A stretch of 64,000 bases of DNA from Treponemataceae bacterium. Its GTDB lineage: Bacteria; Spirochaetota; Spirochaetia; Treponematales; Rectinemataceae. Position 1 is the stretch's first letter; each line of letters begins with the position of its first letter. Below the pieces are notes generated by a model that worked only from the letters and a program-made list of their open reading frames with translations, had not been told where the DNA came from and searched no databases. The stretch spans positions 32,001-96,000 of the forward strand of contig CAXXVZ010000003.1 of the NCBI GenBank assembly GCA_963678065.2, read 5' to 3'. A program made the position numbers and the translations under genes. Shown one piece after another: positions 46,002 to 54,935 of this stretch.

Positions 46002-46802
46002 TTATCCCTGCATGTCCAAGACAGGCGTGAAATGGTAGGGAGGCAAGGGGCCGGAGGACTCGAAATGAAGCCCCATGGATTCGTGGCTCGCGTTCCATTC
46101 AGTCGTCATGCGTAGCAGCTGCTCTGCACAATGGTCCGGAACGAGAAGAGCGGCGTGGAAGAACATCTCGTCGCCTCTCCCTGTCAGTTCCGGCGACAGA
46201 AGGCGACGATCGCTGAACGCCGAGGATAGCTCACTGACGGACGTCATTATGTCGTCCGCCAGCCCCTTGAGCCAGGATGTCACCTCACGATCCACCGCCC
46301 CCCGGATTTTCTGTTCCTGAAAGTAGCGAATGCCCGGGGAAAGCTTGGCGAGTTGCTCTTTCCCGGCCGCCAGGCGCGTTTCCAGGATCTGCGATCGGGC
46401 CTGTGGCATGTCCACATATGCCTTGAGGGTCCATTCCTTCTGGCCGGCTGTGCCGAGGAAGAATTTCGACAGGGCGTCCCGATGCCGCTCCAGCGCCGCC
46501 GCCAGCACATCCACGGAAGAAAAAACGCTTCCGAACCGAACGGGCAAGACGGGAGCCTGGCGCATGATCGTCATGATGACCTCTTCATGGCGCAGTGCCC
46601 GGGGCGCCACCCACGCCAGGTCCGCCAGCCTCTCGCGGGCCTCCTGCCCGCAGAATTCCTCCAGGGAAACCGCGGAGAGAACGGCGTTGACATCGGCGAT
46701 GGCCTCGATACAGAGGGGATGCGATTCGTCTATCCCCATTCCCTCGATTTTCAGAAGTGGATTTTTCGGTGTCAGGCAGAACAGGTATATCCCTTGGCTC
46801 AT
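46002..46802 (-). CDS. gvpL: GvpF/GvpL family protein (GvpF2-like)
   Basis: YLFC, WVAPRALRHEEVI, VLPVRFG, SGPLPPYHF. Confidence 0.87.
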   Translation of the reverse strand: MSQGIYLFCLTPKNPLLKIEGMGIDESHPLCIEAIADVNAVLSAVSLEEFCGQEARERLADLAWVAPRALRHEEVIMTIMRQAPVLPVRFGSVFSSVDVLAAALERHRDALSKFFLGTAGQKEWTLKAYVDMPQARSQILETRLAAGKEQLAKLSPGIRYFQEQKIRGAVDREVTSWLKGLADDIMTSVSELSSAFSDRRLLSPELTGRGDEMFFHAALLVPDHCAEQLLRMTTEWNASHESMGLHFESSGPLPPYHFTPVLDMQG

Positions 46803-48937
46803 CCTTGCTCCCCCAGCACGTCGGCTATGGCGTCGTCAATATCCTGACGTTGGATCAGGATTTCCGGTTCTTCCCCTTCGCCCTTCTCCAAGGTTTTCAC
46901 GGCGCGGCGGACTGCCGACATCGCCGCTTTTCGCGCGATAGCGGCGATGTCGGCCCCGCTGAAACCTTCCGTTACCGCGGCGAGTTCCGCGCAGCTGATA
47001 TCTTCCGACAGGGGTTTCTTCCTGAGATGGACGGAGAAGATTTCCTCTCGCTCCTTTTCCTCCGGCATGGTCATCTCGATGATCTCGTCGAAGCGGCCCG
47101 GCCTGAGCACCGCGGCATCCAGCATGTCCCTGCGGTTGGTCGCTCCCAGGACAAGTACACCCCGGAGCTCGTCGATCCCGTCGAACTCCGCCAGAAACTG
47201 ACTCAGGATCCGTTCGGAGACATGAGAGTCCGCGGTTCCGGCGCTCCTCGTCGCCACCAGGGCATCGATTTCGTCGAAGAAGATGATGCACGGCGCCGCC
47301 TGTCGCGCCTTGTGAAAGATTTCCCTGATTCCCTTTTCCGATTCTCCGACCCATTTCGACATCAGGGCGGGCCCTTTGACGGAGATGAAGTTTGTCTGGC
47401 TCTCCGTGGCGATCGCCTTGGCCATCAGGGTCTTGCCGCATCCGGGGGGGCCCACCAAGAGAATTCCCTTGGGCGGGGTCACTCCTCCCTTTTCGAAAAG
47501 TTCGGGGTATTTGAGGGGCCATTCCACGGCCTCGACGAGTCGCTTTTTCAGGCTGTCGAGCCCTCCCACGTTTTCCCAGCGAACATTGGGGGATTCCACG
47601 AAGACTTCCCTGATGGCGGAGGGTTCTATTTCCCGCAGGGCGGCAAGGAAGTCCTCCATCCGCACCTCGAGTTTCGAGAATGTTTCGTAAGGGATAGCCG
47701 CCTGACTGAAATCTATCTCCCCCATGATCTGCCTCAGGCAGATCATGGCGGCCTCCCGGCAGAGAGCCTCGAGATCCGCGCCGACAAAACCGTGGGTGAT
47801 CTCCGACAGATGCTCCATCCGGACATCCCCGGCCAAGGGCATCCCCCGGCTATGGATTTCCAGAATTTCCAGGCGGCCGACCCGGTCCGGGATCGGGATG
47901 ACGATCTCCCGATCAAACCGTCCCGGACGTCGCAGAGCCGGATCAAGGGAATTGGGAATGTTGGTGGCGGCGATGACGATGACATTCTGCCTCTTGTTGA
48001 GGCCGTCCATGAGGGCGAGGAGTTGGGCGACGATCCGCTTTTCCACTTCCCCGACAACATTTTCCCGCGAAGGAGCTATGGCGTCGATTTCGTCGATGAA
48101 CAGGATGCTGGGTTGATTGCTGGTCGCCTCCTCGAAAATCTTCCGCAGGTGGGCCTCGCTTTCGCCGTAAAATTTGTGGACGATTTCCGGTCCGCTGATG
48201 GAAAAGAAGCTGGCCTCCGTTTCGTGGGCTATCGCGCGGGCGATGAGGGTCTTCCCGCAACCCGGCGGGCCGTAAAGAAGCACCCCCCGCGGCGCGTCGA
48301 TCCCGAGGCGCAAGAAGAGCTCAGGATAGCGGAGGGGTAGCTCGATCATCTCGCGGATGCGCTGGAGCTGGGATTTCAACCCGCCGATATCTTCGTAGGA
48401 AAGGGTCTTTCCCCTATCCTCCTCCTGGCTCTTGCCGATCACGAGTACTGTGCCCGGGTGGATGAGGGCCGGACCCTTGGGCGTCACGGATTCGACTTTG
48501 AAATAGGCAGAGCGGCTGCCAAACAGGGCGGCCTGGATTTTTGCGCCCTCCATGACCGGCAGGCCGTCCAGGAGGCTTCCGATGTATTTGAGATCCCGCT
48601 CCGCCGGCACGACGTTGGTCGGCGCCAGGGCGACACGCTCCGCCGGGCGGCAATGGATCTTGCGGATTCTCACGGGTTCATCGAGACCGACGCCCGCGTT
48701 TTCGCGGGTCGAGCCGTCGAGCTGGACCCGCGACTGTCCGCGGAACTCCGCGTAGGCAGGCATGGCCTTGCAGACCGCTTTCCTCTTCCCCTCGACCTCC
48801 ACGATATCGCCGACCGTGATCTGAAGCCTTTCCAGGTCCTCGGGGCCCATGCGGGCGAAAGCCCTTCCGACGTCTTTGGTCAAGGCTTCCGTCACCCGTA
48901 GCTTGACGACAGGCGCCTCATCGTCCTTTGTGGCCAT
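46799..48937 (-). CDS. CDC48/VCP-family double-ring AAA ATPase (GvpZ-like)
   Basis: N-domain plus two [35 protein letters not shown]. Confidence 0.93.
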   Translation of the reverse strand: MATKDDEAPVVKLRVTEALTKDVGRAFARMGPEDLERLQITVGDIVEVEGKRKAVCKAMPAYAEFRGQSRVQLDGSTRENAGVGLDEPVRIRKIHCRPAERVALAPTNVVPAERDLKYIGSLLDGLPVMEGAKIQAALFGSRSAYFKVESVTPKGPALIHPGTVLVIGKSQEEDRGKTLSYEDIGGLKSQLQRIREMIELPLRYPELFLRLGIDAPRGVLLYGPPGCGKTLIARAIAHETEASFFSISGPEIVHKFYGESEAHLRKIFEEATSNQPSILFIDEIDAIAPSRENVVGEVEKRIVAQLLALMDGLNKRQNVIVIAATNIPNSLDPALRRPGRFDREIVIPIPDRVGRLEILEIHSRGMPLAGDVRMEHLSEITHGFVGADLEALCREAAMICLRQIMGEIDFSQAAIPYETFSKLEVRMEDFLAALREIEPSAIREVFVESPNVRWENVGGLDSLKKRLVEAVEWPLKYPELFEKGGVTPPKGILLVGPPGCGKTLMAKAIATESQTNFISVKGPALMSKWVGESEKGIREIFHKARQAAPCIIFFDEIDALVATRSAGTADSHVSERILSQFLAEFDGIDELRGVLVLGATNRRDMLDAAVLRPGRFDEIIEMTMPEEKEREEIFSVHLRKKPLSEDISCAELAAVTEGFSGADIAAIARKAAMSAVRRAVKTLEKGEGEEPEILIQRQDIDDAIADVLGEQG

Positions 48938-48941
48938 ATTT

Positions 48942-49634
48942 TTACCCCGCTTTCCCGCAGCGAATCGTCACGATGCCATTGTTGCAGGTCACCTTGATAC
49001 GCTCCTCCGAGAGAACATGGCGCAGAAGCATCTCCTTCCGGTACTTCTTCTCGCCCCTTTGGGCAAAGATCGTCAGCACGTCATCCCGGACCTCGAGGTG
49101 AATGTCCTCCGGCCCCACGCCCGGCATTTCGGCGACAAGGGTAGTGGCGTCTTCGTCCTCGAAGACGTCGACCAAGGGTTCGTTGATCTCCTGAACCACC
49201 GCCTCGCCGGTTTTTTTGTCCTTCCGGATGTTGCCGAAGGGTTCGACCTTGATATGGTCGCCCTTTTCTCCCAAGCCGGTTTTTACGGTGAATCCGTATA
49301 CCCCTTTGATCCCTCTCTCTTTTGACGAAAAATTGAGCTCCCCCTCTTTCGAGAAGGTTTCGCCCTTTTCCGAAAGCTCGCTGAGCCGTTCGGCGAGGTC
49401 GGCCAGGCCATTCAATATCCCCCCGGCATTGTTCTCGCCTGCCGACTCTTCCTTCGCGGCGCCCGAGCTTTTCGCTTCGCCATCGGGAGTCTCCGCTTTG
49501 CGCTTCGCCAGCCGTTCGGCCGTCCCCGCCAGCTTCTCCACCGAGCCCAGAAGACCTGTCAGTCCGCCGAAGATGCCGCCGAGTTCCACCCTCACTTCAT
49601 CTTTTTTGTCGGATTCGGGTTTCTTTTTACTCAT
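48942..49634 (-). CDS. Hsp20/alpha-crystallin family protein (GvpH-like)
   Basis: GVYGFTV, EPFGN, EPLVDVFE, VAEMPGV, NNGIV. Confidence 0.85.
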   Translation of the reverse strand: MSKKKPESDKKDEVRVELGGIFGGLTGLLGSVEKLAGTAERLAKRKAETPDGEAKSSGAAKEESAGENNAGGILNGLADLAERLSELSEKGETFSKEGELNFSSKERGIKGVYGFTVKTGLGEKGDHIKVEPFGNIRKDKKTGEAVVQEINEPLVDVFEDEDATTLVAEMPGVGPEDIHLEVRDDVLTIFAQRGEKKYRKEMLLRHVLSEERIKVTCNNGIVTIRCGKAG

Positions 49635-51054
49635 CGTCGCCTCCTTGAGTCTGGATACCGAACTTTTTTACCTTCGTGTGCATGGTCTTGTAGTCGATTT
49701 GCAGCAATCGTGCCGCCTTGGCTTTGTTCCCGCCGGTGTATTGCAGAACTCCGACAAGGACTCTCCTTTCCACCTCGACGACGCTCCGACGCACAATGTC
49801 CCGGAGAGACGCGCTCTTCCAGGGCGAGCCGTCCGTCTCCGGCACAAAAGCCGACACCACCATCGCCGCACGCTCAATGCCAAGATCCTGTTCGGTGATG
49901 GCCCCCTTGGACACCAGCGCGGCCCGCCGGATCACTGACTTGAGTTCGCGGACATTCCCCGGCCAGTTGTACGAGATCAGCGCCTCGATCGCCGAATCCG
50001 AAAGTCCCAGGGTCTTCCTGCCCAGTTCGGATTCGGTCATGTCCAGAAACCGTTTCGACAGATAGAGTATGTCCTCCTTTCTCTCCCGGAGAGACGGGAT
50101 ATCGATGGTGAAGTCGCACAGGCGATAATAGAGGTCCTCCCGGAAAGCGCCGGATATAACCATTTCCCGGAGACTCTGGTTGGTGGCGGCGATCAGGCGG
50201 AAATCCACCTCGATGGGTTTGGTTCCGCCTACTCGATTGAGCACCCTGCTCTGGATGGCCCGAAGCAGCTTCGCCTGGGAGCTGAGGGGCAGATTGGCGA
50301 CTTCATCCAGGAATAGTGTGCCACCATTGGCCAGCTCGAACTTGCCCGGTTTCTGTCGGTCCGCGCCGGTAAATGAGCCCTTTTCGTGCCCGAACAATTC
50401 GCTTTCCAGCAGCGCCTCGGGTATGGCCCCGCAATCCACCGTGATGAAGGGAGCCTGGCTCCTGGCGCTGCTCCGGTGGATGGCCGTCGCCACAAGCTCC
50501 TTGCCCGCGCCAGTTTCGCCGATGAGAAGGACGGAAAAGTTCGATTTCGCGACTCGATGGATGTCCGCCGCGATTCTCGCGATCGAGTCCGACGGTCCCA
50601 TGCTCTCGAAAATGGACATGTACTCTAGCGGTTCTCCGGCTGCGGCCTTGTGTTTTCTCAGTTGCCCTTCCGACAAGGCACGCAGGGTGATCCTGGCGAC
50701 TTCGTTGTTGTCGAAGGGTTTGGCTATATAGTCGTAGGCCCCGTCTTTCATCGCCTCGACGGCCTGACAGACGTTCGCGTGTCCCGTTATGAGGACGACG
50801 GGCAGATCATCGTCCAGTTCCCTGATTTTGCCGAGGACCTCCAGTCCATTGAGTCCCGGCATGCTCACATCGAGAAGAACGACCTTGGGCACCGAAGTGG
50901 GAGACTGGATCTTCTGCATCGCCTGATACCCGTCGGCGGCGGTGATGACCTTTATCCCTTCCCTCTCCAGAATATGAGTCAAATTCGTCCTCGCGTCCTC
51001 TTCGTCATCGACGACCAGCGCGTACAGGACGCTATTATCGTCAATATTTCTCAT
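49627..51054 (-). CDS. Sigma54-dependent NtrC-family response regulator (GvrA-like)
   Basis: Receiver domain; GETGAGKE, ELFGHEKGSFTGA, FREDLYYRL, WPGNVREL; Fis HTH GNKAKAARLL. Confidence 0.93.
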   Translation of the reverse strand: MRNIDDNSVLYALVVDDEEDARTNLTHILEREGIKVITAADGYQAMQKIQSPTSVPKVVLLDVSMPGLNGLEVLGKIRELDDDLPVVLITGHANVCQAVEAMKDGAYDYIAKPFDNNEVARITLRALSEGQLRKHKAAAGEPLEYMSIFESMGPSDSIARIAADIHRVAKSNFSVLLIGETGAGKELVATAIHRSSARSQAPFITVDCGAIPEALLESELFGHEKGSFTGADRQKPGKFELANGGTLFLDEVANLPLSSQAKLLRAIQSRVLNRVGGTKPIEVDFRLIAATNQSLREMVISGAFREDLYYRLCDFTIDIPSLRERKEDILYLSKRFLDMTESELGRKTLGLSDSAIEALISYNWPGNVRELKSVIRRAALVSKGAITEQDLGIERAAMVVSAFVPETDGSPWKSASLRDIVRRSVVEVERRVLVGVLQYTGGNKAKAARLLQIDYKTMHTKVKKFGIQTQGGDDE

Positions 51055-51683
51055 TGTCTGCCCGACCCGCTTGTCCGGGACCCGTCAGGACTCCCGAGGG
51101 GATAGAGCACGCGGATATCCGCCGGCAAATGCGCGATCGGGTTGTGCAGCATACCCAGGAAGAGGATGCCTGTTTCTCCCGCCTGTAGAGTCTGGTCGAT
51201 CCTCGCCGCGATGAAGGTATCCCGCTTCTCCAGGAGCTGATCGCTCGTCGCTTTCTGTTTGACATCGATTTTTATGGTCTCCCTGGCATTCCTCGCTTCG
51301 AGGATTTTTTTGGCGAGGCGATATTCCTCGATCAGCAGCTCTGCGGATTCCGTGCCCATGATCGTCGCCCCTTTTTCTTTGAGCCGGATGAGAAGCAGGT
51401 GATTCTGGCTGCCCATTTTCGCGATGTCCGCGACAATATCCGCCTCCTTGTCGCATATCGGCAGACCATCCTGATAAACACGTGTCCGCGCATACGGCAG
51501 CGAAAGGTCGTTGAAGACGATATCCTCGATGCTCGACCAGAACCGCCCGACCAGATCGACCTTCTGCCGCCACACGCGTTGGCCGAGTTTGCGCTGAGTG
51601 ACCTCCATGATGGACTGCCCGAGTGCGCCCATCTCCGATTGACTGTGTATGATGGGAAAGTAGTAAAGCGTTCGCGATGTCAT
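51051..51683 (-). CDS. Hypothetical protein, first gene of the gvr operon
   Basis: 210-aa ORF whose stop overlaps the activator ATG; motifs PIIH, VYQDGLP, GTES, RD.FIA, GMLH. Confidence 0.75.
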   Translation of the reverse strand: MTSRTLYYFPIIHSQSEMGALGQSIMEVTQRKLGQRVWRQKVDLVGRFWSSIEDIVFNDLSLPYARTRVYQDGLPICDKEADIVADIAKMGSQNHLLLIRLKEKGATIMGTESAELLIEEYRLAKKILEARNARETIKIDVKQKATSDQLLEKRDTFIAARIDQTLQAGETGILFLGMLHNPIAHLPADIRVLYPLGSPDGSRTSGSGRQ

Positions 51684-51843
51684 GGTTTTTCCGGTTTGAG
51701 TGCTTGTGCCATGTGTATAAATTTTCTATATCGCGACCCGGACCGCAATCACCGAATTCGGGGATACGTGGCTTGGGAAACCTGGATTCTGACTTTTCCC
51801 GGCACCGTTTCGCTGTGACGAGTCGGTGAGTCAGGCTTTCGCT

Positions 51844-52488
51844 CTATTCCGGCGACGTCATCCCTTCCCTGATGGCGTACTTGGTGAGTTCGGCGATGCT
51901 GTGCAGACCGAGCTTGTCCATGATGTGCTTGCGGTGCGAGTCGATCGTGGTCACGCTGACACCGAGCTTCGCCGCGACGTCCTTGTTGCTTTGCCCCTCG
52001 GCGAGCAGTTGCAGCACCTCGCGTTCCCGGTCGGACAGGGGCGAATCCATAGGCACCAGCATATCGGCCAGCTGGCTGATGTAGTCGGTGAGCAGCATGT
52101 CGGCGATCTTCGGATTGGTGTAGATGTGGCCGGACGCCACAGCCCGGATCGCGGCGGCCAACTCCTCGAAAGCAGAACCCTTCAGTACGTATCCCATCGC
52201 GCCCGCCCCGAACATCTGTCGCACGAAGCGTCGGTCCGCATGCATGGATAGAGCGATAACCTTGACTTCCGGCGTTTCCTTCCGGATCTGCCGCGTGGCC
52301 TCGATCCCGTTCAGGTCCGGCATCCCGATGTCCATCAGCACCACATCCGGCCGCAGGTCGCGCGCCATGCGTATGGCCGCGATTCCGTTTTCAGCCTCCC
52401 CGACCACGCTCATCCCGCTCTGCCCCTTAATCAACTCCTGCAGGCCCTCTCGCATCAGTGTGTGGTCATCGGCGATCAGTATTCTCAT
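51844..52488 (-). CDS. NarL/LuxR-family response regulator
   Basis: ILIADDH, LMDIGMP, LSDREREVLQLLAEG, HRKHIMDKL. Confidence 0.93.
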   Translation of the reverse strand: MRILIADDHTLMREGLQELIKGQSGMSVVGEAENGIAAIRMARDLRPDVVLMDIGMPDLNGIEATRQIRKETPEVKVIALSMHADRRFVRQMFGAGAMGYVLKGSAFEELAAAIRAVASGHIYTNPKIADMLLTDYISQLADMLVPMDSPLSDREREVLQLLAEGQSNKDVAAKLGVSVTTIDSHRKHIMDKLGLHSIAELTKYAIREGMTSPE

Positions 52489-52535
52489 GATCCTGCTCCC
52501 TGCCTGATTTCGATGTCCGCAATGCGGCGGCTTTA

Positions 52536-54674
52536 TCAGAGCGGCCGCATTGTGGGAACCGTCAACGACACCCGCGTCCCGCAGCCCGGTCCCGACTCGA
52601 TCGTACACTGCCCGCCTATCGCGGCCAGATACTCCCGTACGCTGTACAGCCCAAAACCGACTTCGTGATTCCGCCAGTCCAGGAGCGACAGGTCGAAGCC
52701 GCGCCCATCATCCTCGACGGTCACGCGGACCAGCTCCCCCACCCGCTCCATCGCCGCGCTCAGCCTTGTCGCCTTCGCGTGTTTGACGGTGTTCATCATC
52801 AGCTCGCGGACGCAGCGGAACAGCAGTACTTTCCGTTCATCGTCCAAGGATTTCGGCTCGCCGTCATCGCGATAGACGAAGGCCAATCCGTAATCCCGGC
52901 AGATTTTTTCGCCTGCCCACTCCACCGCTGCCGTCAAATCCAGCTGATGAAGGACCGGGGGACTCAGGTTGAACACCAGCGAGTGCATCCGGTCAATGGT
53001 CGTTTCCAGTATGTCACGAATCTGTGCGATGCTCGCTTGGGCAGGGCGTGAGTCGAGTGTCGTCGCCAGGATGCCGAGCTTTATCCGGAGCAATGCCAAG
53101 GCCTGCGCGATCTCATCGTGCAAGCTTGCGGCCAGTCGACGCCGCTCTCGCTCCTCGACCCGCGACAGTTCCATGGCCAATTGACGCAGCCGGGCCTCTG
53201 AAGCGCGCAGCGCCAGCTCCACCTGTTTGCGCTCGCCGATGTCGCGGCATATGCTCATCATCGCCGGTCGGCCATCCCAGGTGATCCGCCGCGCATTCAC
53301 GTCAGTCGGGATGAGAGAGCCGTCCCTGCGCCGATGTGCGGTTTCATACGAGAGATGCCCGCGCTCCATCAGCAAGGCTATCCGGTCCGGCGCGCGCGGA
53401 GCTTCCTCTTCCGAGTTCACCTGGTCGATTGTCATGGACAGCAACTCGGCATGAGTGTATCCAAGCCGCTCACAGGCCCTCGGATTGGCCGCCAGTATCC
53501 GCGCGCCTTCGTCGCAGATGAAGATCGCGTCGCCGGCATTGTCAAACAGAGTCATATATTTTTCTTCGCTCTCCTGCAACATCATCTCGATCCGGCGTTG
53601 CGACAGAGCTATCGCCATGTTGTCGGCGATCCTTTCGAAATGGGCGATCAGTTCGGGGCTGAATCGATTCTTCTGGTGGTCATTGAATTGCAGCAAACCG
53701 AAGATCCCGCGCGCCGCGCGCATAGGAATCAGCGCCAGTGATTCGTATCCCTCTTCAGCGCACCGAATGCGCGCGCTTGTCAGGCGGTCGACTTCGCCGA
53801 TACTGGCAAACAGGGAGCGGGCGCTGTTGGACCAGAAGCTCCCGTGGGCGGTGAAGAAGGGTTTTGTGGGATCGAAGCGGCCGGAAAGAACATTTCCGCA
53901 CATACACACGAGCACAGGGGTGTTTGCGCCATCGCGCAGGGTTCTGCCGTATCGGTCGTACGCAGAGAGGCGGTTCTCTGCGCGGACAAACGCGGGCGAA
54001 AAGCCTCGGCTCCAGTAATATGGATAATCATCCCCGGCGCTCAGGCGAATGCCGATGGCATCGCATCCCGCCCACTCTTGCAGGGAGGCGGCCAAGGTCG
54101 ATATATGCTCACGAATATCGCCCGGCGTGTTTACAATCGCGGTAAGACATGCCATCAACTCGCGCTCGCGCTCCTGGATCTTGCGCTCGGTGATATCGCT
54201 CATCACGACGTGGCACAGGGGAGTGCCATCGGCGTCCCGCGCATCGACGATCTCCATCCGTACCCAGAATGGAGCGGCGTCTGTTCGCAGCATCCGCAAT
54301 TCGCAGGTCCGCGATGTGCCGGCCTGCCCCGATCCTGCCAGCTCAGGGCCTGTCCGTATCGAATCTGTCGAATGGGTTTCATGAGGCTGTTCGCGGTGCA
54401 GGCTGTAGATGTTCCGGTCGTCAGGGAGAATGAACGTGGTGATCGGCTGCCTGACCAATGCGCTCCTGGCCAGACCCAAGAGGGCGGCGGCGGCGGGGTT
54501 GGCCTCCATGATCAGCCCCTCATCAGAGATGGTGCAGTAGCCCACCGGGACCAAGTCGTAGAAAGCGAGGTATCGCGCCCGCGCGGCCTCCGGTTCCGCC
54601 CGCACTTCGCGCGAATCCTGCCCTGAATCTGCCGAAAGAACGACGCCACCGGAGCGGGTATCCTTGTTGTTCAT
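52536..54674 (-). CDS. Soluble PAS-GAF-PAS histidine kinase (HisKA_3 type)
   Basis: EERERRRLAASLHDEIAQ, ELMMNTVKHA, DDGRGF, GFGL. Confidence 0.9.
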   Translation of the reverse strand: MNNKDTRSGGVVLSADSGQDSREVRAEPEAARARYLAFYDLVPVGYCTISDEGLIMEANPAAAALLGLARSALVRQPITTFILPDDRNIYSLHREQPHETHSTDSIRTGPELAGSGQAGTSRTCELRMLRTDAAPFWVRMEIVDARDADGTPLCHVVMSDITERKIQERERELMACLTAIVNTPGDIREHISTLAASLQEWAGCDAIGIRLSAGDDYPYYWSRGFSPAFVRAENRLSAYDRYGRTLRDGANTPVLVCMCGNVLSGRFDPTKPFFTAHGSFWSNSARSLFASIGEVDRLTSARIRCAEEGYESLALIPMRAARGIFGLLQFNDHQKNRFSPELIAHFERIADNMAIALSQRRIEMMLQESEEKYMTLFDNAGDAIFICDEGARILAANPRACERLGYTHAELLSMTIDQVNSEEEAPRAPDRIALLMERGHLSYETAHRRRDGSLIPTDVNARRITWDGRPAMMSICRDIGERKQVELALRASEARLRQLAMELSRVEERERRRLAASLHDEIAQALALLRIKLGILATTLDSRPAQASIAQIRDILETTIDRMHSLVFNLSPPVLHQLDLTAAVEWAGEKICRDYGLAFVYRDDGEPKSLDDERKVLLFRCVRELMMNTVKHAKATRLSAAMERVGELVRVTVEDDGRGFDLSLLDWRNHEVGFGLYSVREYLAAIGGQCTIESGPGCGTRVSLTVPTMRPL

Positions 54675-54913
54675 GTGGGCCTTCATCGTTTTCCGCGGCG
54701 AGAGCGGCTACGTTGATGGATTTGGCCGTCGCATGCCACGGTCCGTACAAATAAGATAACATGCGTGCGTGATGTTGAACAGAGAGGAATCGAGTACCCG
54801 GCGATCGGTGTATCCGGTCCCCATAGTCGGGAGCATGAAAAAGGTCGATTATGGAAAAGGGCCGACGTGGACATGATCCTCGCCGGCCTCCTTTTCGTTG
54901 TGCCAGAGTCCCT

Positions 54914-54935
54914 ATCAACCTTCGATGATGATGCG
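54914..54935. repeat. Right 22-bp direct repeat (att-like), comprising the asd 3' end
   Basis: ATCAACCTTCGATGATGATGCG; the minus strand encodes RIIIEG-stop. Confidence 0.9.

Larger units (their letters stand above)
36043..54935. mobile_element. Gas vesicle genomic island integrated at the 3' end of asd
   Basis: Flanked by a perfect 22-bp direct repeat; all genes on the minus strand; codon style differs visibly from the flanks; no integrase seen. Confidence 0.75.

Noticed and set aside
51696..51711. Second sigma54 promoter before the gvr operon
   Set aside because: TGGCAC is present, but the -12 element reads CTCAA with no GC, and the site is too close to the start codon.
54687..54913. Integrase or transposase remnant at the island end next to asd
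   Set aside because: No recombinase motifs or terminal inverted repeats could be seen.
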